The notes under the pieces: model-generated
Seen by the model: only the letters and a program-made list of their open reading frames with translations
What the model was told of the DNA's origin: nothing
The model's database searches: none
From: an uncultured virus (IMG/VR IMGVR_UViG_3300021399_000162)
Lineage: Duplodnaviria; Heunggongvirae; Uroviricota; Caudoviricetes
DNA length: 64,000 nucleotides
Strand: one strand, 5' to 3'
IMG/VR virus record: IMGVR_UViG_3300021399_000162
Translations under genes and position numbers: made by a program
Shown: piece after piece, positions 21,701 through 30,838 of the stretch
How the letters are laid out: each line of letters begins with the position of its first letter
Position numbering within the stretch: the first letter of the stretch is position 1

Positions 21701-22146
21701 AATCTGATGGCGGCGCACTATCTGACGCCTGGAATGGGGCTACTTATACAGTAACTTCAGGCTCTGGTGCACAGAAGCAAATTTCATTGTCGCACAACAA
21801 CCCGTCATGGAACTCGTCTACTGGTACTGCTGGATCTCTAACCTACTACATCTATGCCGGTGGCGACACCAGACTGTCAATTTGGGTTAGTGGAGCAACT
21901 CCATACAATCAGGGTCATTCAGACGGTTATTCTGAAGGCTATAATGCCGGTTGGAATGCTTGTATTGATGAGGCTTCTCAGCACTCCACAAAGTGCCTTA
22001 CACGTTATAGCAACTGGAACAGTGGTTCAGCAGCCAATCTGTATGTTGCACCTACCAGTGGCGCAAATATTGCTACAGGTAAGAAACAGGTATGGCGGTA
22101 TGGAGGTACCGTTGATACACTTTATTCGCTACCAGCTAAAAAGTAA
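18748..22146 (+). CDS. Tail tip/Tal-like protein with C-terminal receptor-binding extension
   Basis: N-terminal prophage tail-endopeptidase-like region (IFRGRVL..CEG..AFL.D, T.VIPIG); S/G/Y-rich C-terminus. Confidence 0.7.
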   Translation: MAIVEIYIKNFKMGGSVITTSTLLQSVPLTLSDTNLIEPKVKTEMGKAPSLEFAMDVDHPYYDALMQMKTLMRVTFAGITIFRGRVLTIDVDMMGRKAVHCEGDFAFLMDTPQDGTEEKNRAAISLETYLQQLIDKHNSMCGDDDHKFILGEYPGHYSSGITYEQQIIPAAEQAVQKFGNSSWNTTMDRFEDVLNTFGGYWQTRYVDESHVYLDWLDLYFKPYDESRQRIEVANNLIEFGGSNELDNIFTAVIPIGKQDNKELFLTDYWYSIAPGHAAVNYILVPEIVSLGIFTDAELSKGYHTKEDYANAINNFGMIYKSVTFENADNCDKLFSYATDWIKNNFLGSVTSYDITALDISNIDPETSPLVVGDEVKVVHPAIGERTLTIISIDYDLYNPWKTKYKIGSPNNLLNATYGVAKKKSGGKKSDGPSSSGGGGGGGYEEPTQQQLDKQHADSEYIKKTEFGKDIQMDEPLSFLFHDDHGNKVDAKDLKSKFKGKPQLLREFTKVLKDPAFANDPEFVIQSGLYPNLKEEQQKWRRNVETYLVDECGVDRDKAEIITNSRAGTTWLANIIDDQGHLKPPWCFKQNADKLADMALRTRKALNGTLDNETAAPLFGVHGMQFAENLLGVDLDLDGGNFVYDSENQLFDFGNGKVKMDATGKTVEFDDMQVIRKEVGPTGETRSFGFYDEGNLTAGVMVEKLSNGVTKTKISSDWIDLDSDQTIIKVKNFIGNVTGVSEDNWDSYKGITLKQIDASAVWQNRDDITNVVGEFEIVGTGDNRHVVIKSGGGMRIRKNGVEYGLYDEDNLTAGLMVDKINGDETVAKIKASRVDLGAYATVGRLEAVEAKIDDLMAGRIQASVISASKIIAGKLVTTDTPSGQDVPVSVDADWHNFTVDGKKLASFLGTADINFNIADTDTYKAAIGVKSIYLTDDSTPPSYSNGYLSVPVSAMPNAGGEARATLSVDASNAYSSGYSNGYSKGKSDGGALSDAWNGATYTVTSGSGAQKQISLSHNNPSWNSSTGTAGSLTYYIYAGGDTRLSIWVSGATPYNQGHSDGYSEGYNAGWNACIDEASQHSTKCLTRYSNWNSGSAANLYVAPTSGANIATGKKQVWRYGGTVDTLYSLPAKK

Positions 22147-22163
22147 AAGGAGTAAGATAAACT

Positions 22164-22385
22164 ATGGCAAATAACAAGATTACAATTTCAGAAGCTCTCA
22201 CGATTGCTCAGGGTCATCTGGCTCATGTACAGGTTTCCGGGTATGAAAACATGCAGCACGTAATTAGTGCGATGGATCTGATCGCCAAGTGCATTGCCAG
22301 CATAGCAGAACCGGAAGCTGCACCAAGTGAACCAGAGTCCAAAACGACACCTGTTGAACCTGAGCGCAGGAAGACAGCAGAATAA
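22164..22385 (+). CDS. Hypothetical protein
   Basis: 73 aa; RBS AAGGAG. Confidence 0.55.
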   Translation: MANNKITISEALTIAQGHLAHVQVSGYENMQHVISAMDLIAKCIASIAEPEAAPSEPESKTTPVEPERRKTAE

Positions 22386-22416
22386 TTCAAAATGACCGAG
22401 ACAGGAGGCAGTTGCT

Positions 22417-23178
22417 TTGTACCATTCTATTACGTTTGCCACGTCTTTGGATACTATGAACACAGGATCCTTAGTCGGGCAGAACACATGGACCGATTGG
22501 CACCTGATTCCTGCCTCGCGTCCAACAATGGCCATGCCCAAGCCGGCATTGAACTTTGTTGAAGTCCCCGGAAGAAACGGCGCTATTGATATGACAACCT
22601 ATTTGACAGGAAACATCACATTTAGTGATCGTACCGGTTCCTTCGAATTCATTGTCGACAATGGACATGAGCATTGGATTTCCATCTACAAACGAATCGC
22701 GTCTTATCTTCATGGAAAAAGACTGTACATGTGTTTGGCCGATGACGATCCAGGTTACTACTACGAAGGGCGTTTCACCCTCAATGCATGGAAATCCGAT
22801 CCGACTAACAGTAAGGTGGCTATCGACTACCAGGTTTCTCCGTTCAAGTACTCGGTTCTGACTCGAGGTATCGATAAGACCATTTGGGATACTTTCAACT
22901 TCGAGACAGACACGGACTGGGACATCTTGGCGGAAATTTCCGTAAACGGAAGCACCGAGATTGTTATTCCTGCAGATGACTACCCGATGAAATTAACAGT
23001 GGGTCTGCTCTCCCTTAGCAGTAGTGCAATCCATGTGACTTTCAGAGGTGCCGAAGTCGATCTCACTTATCCCGGGCAGCTTTACAATTTCCCATATCCA
23101 ACAGTCAAAGGCGACAACGTTGTTCACTTCAGTGGCAATGGTGTTGCTCAAATAATTTTCAGAGATGGATCTCTTTAA
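22417..23178 (+). CDS. Distal tail protein (Dit)
   Basis: VEVPGRNGAID, R.GSFEF, LHGK...DDPGYYYEGR, PFKY. Confidence 0.8.
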   Translation: MYHSITFATSLDTMNTGSLVGQNTWTDWHLIPASRPTMAMPKPALNFVEVPGRNGAIDMTTYLTGNITFSDRTGSFEFIVDNGHEHWISIYKRIASYLHGKRLYMCLADDDPGYYYEGRFTLNAWKSDPTNSKVAIDYQVSPFKYSVLTRGIDKTIWDTFNFETDTDWDILAEISVNGSTEIVIPADDYPMKLTVGLLSLSSSAIHVTFRGAEVDLTYPGQLYNFPYPTVKGDNVVHFSGNGVAQIIFRDGSL

Positions 23179-23206
23179 TGCATTTAAGAAAGATGAGGCG
23201 ATTCTA

Positions 23207-23626
23207 ATGCCCGAGATTCAGGGCCTCACGCCACAAGTGTTATGGGTTACGATTTATGGCATTGTCGGTATCTGTGTTCTGTTCATGGTTATGTATAAAG
23301 TGTATGACGCCATTCGCAATGAAATCGAACGAAGGCGACGTGCCAGGGAAGCAAGGGAACCTGATTTGGCAGAACGCGTAAGTAAGAAAGTTCTTGAGAA
23401 CCTCGAACCGAGATTCCAAGACATCGAGCAGAAACTTAGTAAGGACCATGCTCGATTAGACAATCACGAGAAACTCATTGCAACGAACCAACAGTCACAG
23501 CTGGACACAAAGGAAGGACTAGTGGCGATCTGTAAAGCGCTTCTCGTAATAACTTCTCAAAATGGCGGGGATCAGTTTAAGGAAGCTCATGAAGAGCTGA
23601 CTAAATTCCTTGCCGGACGGCTGTAA
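23207..23626 (+). CDS. Single-TM coiled-coil membrane protein (lysis accessory?)
   Basis: One hydrophobic helix then a coiled coil; directly upstream of the holin. Confidence 0.5.
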   Translation: MPEIQGLTPQVLWVTIYGIVGICVLFMVMYKVYDAIRNEIERRRRAREAREPDLAERVSKKVLENLEPRFQDIEQKLSKDHARLDNHEKLIATNQQSQLDTKEGLVAICKALLVITSQNGGDQFKEAHEELTKFLAGRL

Positions 23627-23640
23627 GGAGCTGATTTACT

Positions 23641-23931
23641 ATGAAGATCAATTGGAAAGTACGCATCAAGAACAAGGTTTGGCTCACGTCATTCATCGCT
23701 CTGATTATTAGCTTTGTCTATACTCTTTGTGATATGCTCGGTGTTATTCCTGAATTCTCTCAGGAGTATGTTCTGAGCATTGTGAACCAGGTTCTGACTC
23801 TTCTTGGTCTGTTTGGCGTAATCGTTGATCCGACAACGGAGGGTGCAAGTGACAGCAAGCGAGCTATGGGTTATCTTGAGCCTTGGCGGGATAATCCTGA
23901 CGTACCTTTTACTGAAAGCGATAACGGGTAA
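23641..23931 (+). CDS. Holin (phi LC3-like)
   Basis: MKINWKVRIKNKVW...GVIVDPTTEG.SDS.RAM.Y signature; two TM helices. Confidence 0.9.
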   Translation: MKINWKVRIKNKVWLTSFIALIISFVYTLCDMLGVIPEFSQEYVLSIVNQVLTLLGLFGVIVDPTTEGASDSKRAMGYLEPWRDNPDVPFTESDNG

Positions 23932-23943
23932 GAGGTGATTTAA

Positions 23944-24681
23944 ATGATTGTAGCAGCAGATCTTGTTGCAAAGTTTCAGTATGCTCTGGATAATCACTGG
24001 GGGTACATCGCAGGTGGTGCTGGACAGCTTTGGACTGAAACCAAACAGAAAGCAGCCACCAATGAGATGACAAAGAAATACGGTGCCAAATGGGTCGGAC
24101 ATCATGTCGCTGATTGTTCCGGCCTTTTCACTTGGGCATTTAAGGAACTTGGCGGGTATATGTATCATGGGTCTAATACCATGTTTCGTAAGTACTGCAC
24201 CAAGGTTGGCGAGATCTCTTCTGGCGATATTATCGAGCCTGGCACTGCTGTATTCAAGCGCAAGGTTGATAAGACTCGTTCCGATGGCTGGGATTATTAC
24301 CATGTCGGACTTTATATCGGAAATGGTGAAGTGATCGAGGCTCAGGGCACTCGCACCGGCGTTGTCAAGTCCAAGCTTAACACTTGGCATTGTTACGGCT
24401 ATCTTAAAGGCGTTACCTATAGTGGTCTGGCAGAACAGACAGCACCAGCAATTCAAAATGAGGTGGTTCCAATGGTGACTAATGGTAAGGCAATTGTTGA
24501 TGTACCTGACGATACTTCTGTGAACGTTCGCAGTAAGCCCACCAAGGCTTCAAAGGTTCTCATGAAGATCAATGAAGGCGCCGATGTTGACGTGGTCGAG
24601 AATGATGGAACTTGGGCAAAGGTTGAAATCAAGAGCTATGGCTACATTATGAGCAAGTATCTGGTAGAGCCTAAGAAGTAA
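23944..24681 (+). CDS. Endolysin: NlpC/P60 peptidase plus SH3 domain
   Basis: DCSGLF...HVGLYIGNG.VIEA catalytic motifs; VNVRSKP...W..V...GYIMSKYL SH3b. Confidence 0.85.
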   Translation: MIVAADLVAKFQYALDNHWGYIAGGAGQLWTETKQKAATNEMTKKYGAKWVGHHVADCSGLFTWAFKELGGYMYHGSNTMFRKYCTKVGEISSGDIIEPGTAVFKRKVDKTRSDGWDYYHVGLYIGNGEVIEAQGTRTGVVKSKLNTWHCYGYLKGVTYSGLAEQTAPAIQNEVVPMVTNGKAIVDVPDDTSVNVRSKPTKASKVLMKINEGADVDVVENDGTWAKVEIKSYGYIMSKYLVEPKK

Positions 24682-25055
24682 TGTGGATCAAAGCCAATCC
24701 TAACCCTGCCCAGAAACAGGTTCCCGATTGCGTTATTCGAGCGTTATGTGTAGCGCTCAACAAGCCCTGGCTAGAGGTGTTTGACGAATTGACATCCCTA
24801 GCCAGGTCAGAATTTAGCATTACTGCGGATGACAACATCTGGGGGTTATATTTGTATGATCACGGATTTGACCAGTTTTTGTTACCGCACGAATGCCCTC
24901 GTTGTATAACGATTAAGCAGTTTTGCAAGCTATTTCCTAAAGGATTGTATATTATCGGCACTGGTTCACACGCTGTAACTGTTATTAATGGAAACTATTA
25001 CGACAGTTGGGATTCCGGAAACGAGGTCCCAACTTTCTTTTGGAGGAGGAATTAA
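24681..25055 (+). CDS. Small papain-like Cys-His-Asp peptidase-fold protein
   Basis: NPNP...DCVIRAL...HAVTV..G.YYDSWDS. Confidence 0.55.
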   Translation: MWIKANPNPAQKQVPDCVIRALCVALNKPWLEVFDELTSLARSEFSITADDNIWGLYLYDHGFDQFLLPHECPRCITIKQFCKLFPKGLYIIGTGSHAVTVINGNYYDSWDSGNEVPTFFWRRN

Positions 25056-25058
25056 CAT

Positions 25059-25604
25059 ATGGCTAACTATCCTGGGTACAATCCTACTTATCCTAATGCT
25101 GGTCAGGTCGGTCAGGGTTATCCGAGTAATCAAATCTCTGGTTCATACGGCGGTTCATATGGTGGCTCGGCGTATCCTCAGATGCAGCAAATGTCTCAAA
25201 TGCCACAGACAATGTCTATGGAGCAGCAGAAGCAGATTAATCCTGCCATGACCTGGGTTGATGGTGAATTCGCTGCACGAGCCTTCACTGTTCCCGTAAC
25301 GCAGCCTCTTGGCCAGCCGTATCCGATTTGGGACAGTGACTGCATGCATGTCTACTTTAAGACCCTTGATCAGTTTGGACGTCCGACCATGCGCCGTGCT
25401 CGGTATATGTTTGATGATGAACCTCAGCAGACACTTCCACAGGGCATGTCTGAGACCGCTGCTCCGAATATGGACATGAGCGGTTTTGTTACCAAGTCGG
25501 ACTTTGACTCTTTCAAGAATGAACTTCGGGAAATGCTTAATCGAGACAACAAAAACTTTCAAAATGGCGTAAACAAGAATAAGGGAGGTAACCAGAATGT
25601 TTAA
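25059..25604 (+). CDS. Q/P/Y-rich hypothetical protein
   Basis: Low-complexity N-terminus, then WVDGE..AR...WDSD...YFKTLD..GRP; RBS GGAGG. Confidence 0.7.
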   Translation: MANYPGYNPTYPNAGQVGQGYPSNQISGSYGGSYGGSAYPQMQQMSQMPQTMSMEQQKQINPAMTWVDGEFAARAFTVPVTQPLGQPYPIWDSDCMHVYFKTLDQFGRPTMRRARYMFDDEPQQTLPQGMSETAAPNMDMSGFVTKSDFDSFKNELREMLNRDNKNFQNGVNKNKGGNQNV

Positions 25605-25830
25605 TCAAGTCCCGCCCCCTATGGGCTTTCCACCGGCTCCTAATCAAGGTCAGCCTCAACAGCCTATGAACCCAGCAAATAATCTGATGCAGCAGTTCAA
25701 TCAGTTTTGTGCCAACTTTCAGGGGGACCCTCAGCAGATGGTCCAGCAGCTTATCCAGAGCGGACGAATGACTCAGCAGCAGTTTGAACAATATTCTCAG
25801 CTGGCTAACCGGTTCTTTGGTCGGAGGTAA
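25597..25830 (+). CDS. Q/P/N-rich small hypothetical protein
   Basis: QQFNQF..NFQGDPQQMVQQLIQSGRMTQQQF. Confidence 0.7.
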   Translation: MFNQVPPPMGFPPAPNQGQPQQPMNPANNLMQQFNQFCANFQGDPQQMVQQLIQSGRMTQQQFEQYSQLANRFFGRR

Positions 25831-25833
25831 CAC

Positions 25834-26703
25834 ATGCCCTACACTTTGAAGCCTAACAAGATATTTGCGAAGGACCCGAATGGCACTGGCTACCTCCCTC
25901 AGAACGTCATTGCAGAGAACACAACCGCTGATATGATCAGCGAGATTGAAGCCGCAGGTAATTCGCAGAAAAATACAGTTAATGCTGCCGGCACCACTCA
26001 GAAGAATGCTGTAGATGCCGCTGGATCGAATCAGATTAGTGCAATCAATTCAGCTGGTAAGACTCAGACAGATGCTATAGACGCTAAGAGTGACGAGATC
26101 GACCAGAAGATGCAGAACGCAGATAGTATCATTGACCGGATCGATGCTGCGGAGAGTCTGATTAGTGAACTTCAGTCGCTTATTGATCTTGTGCATCCGG
26201 TTGGTAGTATTTATATGTCCCTTGATTCTACTGACCCCGGACAATTGTTTGGCGGGACATGGGCACAGATCAAAGGCAGATTCTTGCTGAGTACTGGTAC
26301 TCCTGATGACAATAGTAATTCACTTTACGGCACCGATCTTACGTATGATGGAACCAATAAGTATAACGAGTCAACTCCCGGAAGCACTGGTGGTGAATCA
26401 AGGCACACTCTTAGCGAGAGCGAGTTGCCTGAGCATTCTCATAGAGCACTTGGTAAACCTGGCGACTCTAGCACTACAAAATGGAGATTTCCGATCCTGC
26501 AAGATATTGCTAATACATCTGGTTGGCATCATGGAGTTGAAAATCCCAGTGCCGGCTCTGGACTGACAGTCCCAGGATGTCTGGATGCCAATTCCGGCGG
26601 AAATGTTGGATTAACTCAATACACTGGAGCAGTAGGTAACAACGCGGCCCATAACAACCTTCCTCCATATATGGCAGTTAACATGTGGCGACGCACAGCT
26701 TAA
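25834..26703 (+). CDS. Baseplate/tail-collar-like fibre protein
   Basis: HPVGSIYMS....P..LFGGTW.QI.GRFL...GGE..HTL...ELP.H.H...HNNLPPY..V.MWRRTA. Confidence 0.75.
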   Translation: MPYTLKPNKIFAKDPNGTGYLPQNVIAENTTADMISEIEAAGNSQKNTVNAAGTTQKNAVDAAGSNQISAINSAGKTQTDAIDAKSDEIDQKMQNADSIIDRIDAAESLISELQSLIDLVHPVGSIYMSLDSTDPGQLFGGTWAQIKGRFLLSTGTPDDNSNSLYGTDLTYDGTNKYNESTPGSTGGESRHTLSESELPEHSHRALGKPGDSSTTKWRFPILQDIANTSGWHHGVENPSAGSGLTVPGCLDANSGGNVGLTQYTGAVGNNAAHNNLPPYMAVNMWRRTA

Positions 26704-26718
26704 TAAAGGAGTGATTCT

Positions 26719-27177
26719 ATGGCTATTGATCAGGACATTGCAGCTATTCGGCAAGCGATGTATGGCAAAGACGTTCGCGAAGCTATAGCACATGGTATTG
26801 AGCAGTGCTATTCAGACGTCACAACTAGTAAAACCTCAGCCGAAGATGCGACAGCCAATGCAACCCAAGCTGCATCTTCAGCTAACACAGCAGCCGCTAA
26901 TGCTAATCAGAAAGCACAGGCGGCTGATACTGCAGCTACTAATGCCAACCAGAAAGCACAGGCAGCTGATACAGCAGCTAAGACTATTGACACTAAAGTT
27001 GAAACGAAGGTTTCCGAAAGTGTCGGCAGTATCGTCCTTGTTCAGGACACCCAGCCTACCGAGGAAGATAATAAAATCTGGATAAAACCAGAAAGCGAAG
27101 AATACAAAGTACCTACCTGGGAAGAATTTCAGGAACTCTCCGCTAAGGTGGATGAGCTTATGCAGAAAGTTAATTAA
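26719..27177 (+). CDS. Minor tail/fibre protein with alanine-rich coiled coil
   Basis: A.YGKDVREAI N-terminus; tandem NANQKAQAADTAA repeat. Confidence 0.6.
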   Translation: MAIDQDIAAIRQAMYGKDVREAIAHGIEQCYSDVTTSKTSAEDATANATQAASSANTAAANANQKAQAADTAATNANQKAQAADTAAKTIDTKVETKVSESVGSIVLVQDTQPTEEDNKIWIKPESEEYKVPTWEEFQELSAKVDELMQKVN

Positions 27178-27197
27178 TCCACAAAGCTGGTGATAAA

Positions 27198-28067
27198 ATG
27201 AATACGATTTATGCGAATGACGTAGGTCTGATTAAGCTTGGCTACCAGTCCGAGAATAATCGTACCGAAGTTATATTTGACGTATCAGATCTTGCAACAG
27301 AATTCCCGGATGGAATGGTTTCTGTTGTGGTCAGACGCCCGACGGATAGCGCTGGTCATCTTGTCACCAGCATTACTCAAAATGGCAGCATTGTCACATG
27401 GCTTGTGAATGATTATGAGCTGGAGTTCAAAGGTCTTGGTGAGCTCCAGCTAATTTACACTGTCCCAGGAGTCGTGGCAAAGACTAAAATCTGGAGTATT
27501 TCAACCGATCGTAGCTTGACTTTTACAGACAGTATTCCTCCCGATTGGAGAGATATTGCTAACTCGTTGCTTGATGCGGCTAGTGAGTTACACGGCGTCA
27601 CTGAGCAGATTAAGACATGGCGAGACGAAACTGTGTCTGCAAAAGAAGCAACTGTGTCTGCAAAAGAAGCAACTGAGAGTTACCGAGACGAAACCAAAAT
27701 CCTGCATGACAGTACGTCAGAGAAAGCAGAGCAGGCTTCATCGGATGCTAGGACTGCTGCAGCTGCTAGAACAGGTATGGTCGAATTATATGATTCGACA
27801 AAGATTTACGCAGACCAAGCTGAATCTGCAGCAAGCCAGGTCGCACTCGATAAGAATCAAATCGAAATTTGGCATAGGGAAACAAAACAGTACCGCGATG
27901 AAGCTGAGCACTTTGCAGATCTTGCTGAGCAGTGTGCGGCGATCGCTGGTTACATGGATATGGAAATTGTGGATGGTCATCTGATTTATCGAAGAACGGA
28001 GAATGTCGATGTCAGCTTTTTACTTCAAAATGGTCGCTTAATTCGTGGAGGTGATGCAAATGGCTGA
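27198..28067 (+). CDS. BppU-like baseplate/fibre adaptor
   Basis: LGYQSEN..T...FD, G.GELQL..KT N-terminal domain followed by a coiled coil. Confidence 0.55.
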   Translation: MNTIYANDVGLIKLGYQSENNRTEVIFDVSDLATEFPDGMVSVVVRRPTDSAGHLVTSITQNGSIVTWLVNDYELEFKGLGELQLIYTVPGVVAKTKIWSISTDRSLTFTDSIPPDWRDIANSLLDAASELHGVTEQIKTWRDETVSAKEATVSAKEATESYRDETKILHDSTSEKAEQASSDARTAAAARTGMVELYDSTKIYADQAESAASQVALDKNQIEIWHRETKQYRDEAEHFADLAEQCAAIAGYMDMEIVDGHLIYRRTENVDVSFLLQNGRLIRGGDANG

Positions 28068-30219
28068 GACAAAAATGATCATTAAAGACCTCGGTGAGGT
28101 TACAGCTTATGCCTATGCCGTTTCCAAAGGGTACACAGGTACAGAGTCTGAGTTTGCTGAGCTGATGGCGAGTTATGCAACAGTTGGACAGGAGGCCGTA
28201 GATGCAGCTCTTGCGGCAGAATCTGCGAGAGACACAGCACAGAGTACGGTAGCCGGAGCAATCGCAGGCATTCAGGCTGAGGGTCAAACGCAGATCGGTG
28301 CAGTTCGGTCAGAAGGCACTACTCAGGTAGGCAACGTCAACACAGCAGGTCAGACGCAGGTGAGCGCAGTACAGACAAAAGGCGAGGAAGTACTCAACAG
28401 CATTCCTGCGGATTACACTGCTCTTTCTGAGGACGTGGATGATTTAAAAAGCGAGATGACATCCAAGGCCGAAGTTGACGGCTACTATCAGGACATGACC
28501 GTCGGCGACGCCGAACAGCTTGTTTCCTCTCAGTTTGTCGAGGATAATGCACCTTACAAGTTTCGCACGAGCGGCGGTTCTGCTGACATCGGCAATCGTG
28601 CGTATGTCGACAAGATCGTCGGCGGGACGATTGCGTGGAATCAGCGGATGCCGATATATCCGGGGAATGCTTATAGTTTGTCTTCTGCAAGCGGGACAAA
28701 AGAAGCGTTCACGCCAACAGCTCAATATGGAGGTGTTGCTACTTCGCTAACAAATACACTTATAAAAGACCATAAATATTTGGCGGCGGCAACAATAAAA
28801 TCTTCAAAGAATACTGTAAATATGGGAAATAACGATGGTTCATCTAACAACGCAGTGTTTATTACAGGCAACGGCACATGGGAAACCGTGTATAAAATAT
28901 TTATCTCAAACAGAACCGGATCGTTGTATTGGTTTGTAAGGGATAACGATTTGTCTGATTTCGCTGAAATTAACGTAAAAAACCCGCAACTTTTCGACCT
29001 CACCCAAATGTTCGGCTCAACCATTGCCGATGCGATTTATGCAATGGAGCAGGCTACAGCAGGAGCAGGAGTCGCTTGGTTCAGAAAGCTGTTCCCGAAT
29101 GACTACTACGATTACAATGCAGGCGAACTGATCTCTGTCAGCGGACTGCAGAGCCATGACATGGTTGGGTTCAACTTGGTTCATACTGTGATTGATGGGG
29201 AACTTGTGAATCGTAACACCGGCGAATTTTTCAAAAATGCGGGTTATGCAAGAACTGATTATATACCAGTATTGCCGGGAGTGCCGTACTATCAGTGTGA
29301 ATCAAATGAAATTCTTTCGGAATGGGCGGCATTTTATGACGCAGACAAAAATTTTATAAGTGGCACTACAATAAATAATAAAACTGTTTTCATTCCACCT
29401 AATGGGGCTGTATTTTACTGTACAACCATGCAAATTAGAAACAAAAACAGCATCTGCATCAACCTTTCTCATAATGGTTCACGCAACGACGAATACGAAC
29501 CCTACGCCAAGCACAGCTATCCTCTCGACTCTTCACTGACTCTGCGTGGTATTCCGAAACTTTCTGCTGACAATCAGCTGTATTTTGACGGAGACGAGTA
29601 TCTGCCGGAGGGTAAGGTCAATAGACGGTATGGGATTAGAACTTTCGCTGGGGAAAGTGGAGAATCATGGGGAACAGCTTCCGGGACGTTGAGAAGATTT
29701 GTTATAAGCCCAAATGACATCAAAACACGATCAGGTTCAACGGCATTTCTTGTTTGCGATAAATTCATTCCGGTGGATGATGAAACCATTGGAACGATCA
29801 AACAGTATAATGGTCAGTTGTGGGTTTACGTTGACCAATCTATAACAACTGTCGCAGATTTTAAGGCATGGCTGGCAAACAATCCGTTCAGCGTTGTCTA
29901 CGAACTCAAAACCCCGACCGAAGAAACCGCAGAACCTTACAACGAAGTTCAGCTTGTGGATGACTGGGGAACTGAGGAGTACGTCAGCGGCACAATCTGC
30001 CCTGTGGGTCACGAAACCCGTTATCCTGCCAACCTGAGAGACAAGCTTCAGCACCTACCAGATGCGGCAAGCGGAAATGGCAGTTACCTGATTCAGCAGA
30101 CCGACGGGCAGATGGTGCTGACTCCGTTCCCTGCACCGCCTAGCACGGCAGGAAACTATGTCCTCAAGGCAACTGTCACTAATGGTGTACCGACCTATAC
30201 ATGGGAGGCGGCGACATGA
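28060..30219 (+). CDS. Tail fibre/receptor-binding protein
   Basis: LG.VTAYAYAV.KGYTGTE.EF N-terminus, IPADYT.L...V..LK, mosaic beta-rich C-terminal domains. Confidence 0.7.
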   Translation: MAETKMIIKDLGEVTAYAYAVSKGYTGTESEFAELMASYATVGQEAVDAALAAESARDTAQSTVAGAIAGIQAEGQTQIGAVRSEGTTQVGNVNTAGQTQVSAVQTKGEEVLNSIPADYTALSEDVDDLKSEMTSKAEVDGYYQDMTVGDAEQLVSSQFVEDNAPYKFRTSGGSADIGNRAYVDKIVGGTIAWNQRMPIYPGNAYSLSSASGTKEAFTPTAQYGGVATSLTNTLIKDHKYLAAATIKSSKNTVNMGNNDGSSNNAVFITGNGTWETVYKIFISNRTGSLYWFVRDNDLSDFAEINVKNPQLFDLTQMFGSTIADAIYAMEQATAGAGVAWFRKLFPNDYYDYNAGELISVSGLQSHDMVGFNLVHTVIDGELVNRNTGEFFKNAGYARTDYIPVLPGVPYYQCESNEILSEWAAFYDADKNFISGTTINNKTVFIPPNGAVFYCTTMQIRNKNSICINLSHNGSRNDEYEPYAKHSYPLDSSLTLRGIPKLSADNQLYFDGDEYLPEGKVNRRYGIRTFAGESGESWGTASGTLRRFVISPNDIKTRSGSTAFLVCDKFIPVDDETIGTIKQYNGQLWVYVDQSITTVADFKAWLANNPFSVVYELKTPTEETAEPYNEVQLVDDWGTEEYVSGTICPVGHETRYPANLRDKLQHLPDAASGNGSYLIQQTDGQMVLTPFPAPPSTAGNYVLKATVTNGVPTYTWEAAT

Positions 30220-30347
30220 AAATCAAACTGAAAGCCCCGGAAGGATATCTGTATTACGACACATTGGCCGACCGTTATCACTCTGAAGTCATCACGACAG
30301 ACCGGAAGAGGTTCGTCCTCGTCCCGGCATCACAGAAGGGAGAATGA
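30216..30347 (+). CDS. Small hypothetical protein (43 aa, not in ORF track)
   Basis: ATGA overlap with the fibre stop, RBS GGAGG; MKIKLKAPEGYLYYD... Confidence 0.5.
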   Translation: MKIKLKAPEGYLYYDTLADRYHSEVITTDRKRFVLVPASQKGE

Positions 30348-30350
30348 GTT

Positions 30351-30605
30351 ATGGAACTGAAAGATACGGTTGCATTGATGACCAGTTTGGACTGGAAAGA
30401 CCGTTTTCTGGCAGAATACCTGCAAACCAAAATCCGCTATGAAAAACTTCATAGGCTGATCGTAAAACGAGAAGTCGGCAAACACGGATTTGATACTCCG
30501 ATTCCATTTGAAAGTTGGAAAGAGCAGGCGCACCACATGGGCCTGTATCTGTACGAACTGGAAAAGCAGGCGGCCATTCATGGCATTGAACTGCCCCAGG
30601 TGTAA
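30351..30605 (+). CDS. Phage hypothetical protein
   Basis: 84 aa; MELKDTV..M.S.D.KDRF.AEY.Q.KIR..KL. Confidence 0.65.
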   Translation: MELKDTVALMTSLDWKDRFLAEYLQTKIRYEKLHRLIVKREVGKHGFDTPIPFESWKEQAHHMGLYLYELEKQAAIHGIELPQV

Positions 30606-30618
30606 GGAGGTTTGAATC

Positions 30619-30831
30619 ATGCTTTACTACGCAGTTAACTACAACATCAAAGCAGACGGCACATCCGGGCATGTCGAGAAATTTGGCACGGAGACAGATA
30701 TGCTTTACCAGTACTATCTCATGTGCGCAAATTCCGCCAAGAACACCGATGGCGACTTGTTCGATTCTGTTGAGTTTGGCACGATCGAAGGCGGCAAGCT
30801 CAAGCGTGAAGTGTTTGATCGCAGGGGGTAA
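30619..30831 (+). CDS. Hypothetical protein
   Basis: 70 aa; RBS AAGGAGG. Confidence 0.6.
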   Translation: MLYYAVNYNIKADGTSGHVEKFGTETDMLYQYYLMCANSAKNTDGDLFDSVEFGTIEGGKLKREVFDRRG

Positions 30832-30838
30832 TCCGACA

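Noticed and set aside
21500..30219. Diversity-generating retroelement targeting fibre genes
   Set aside because: No reverse transcriptase or template/variable repeat pair was seen in the window.
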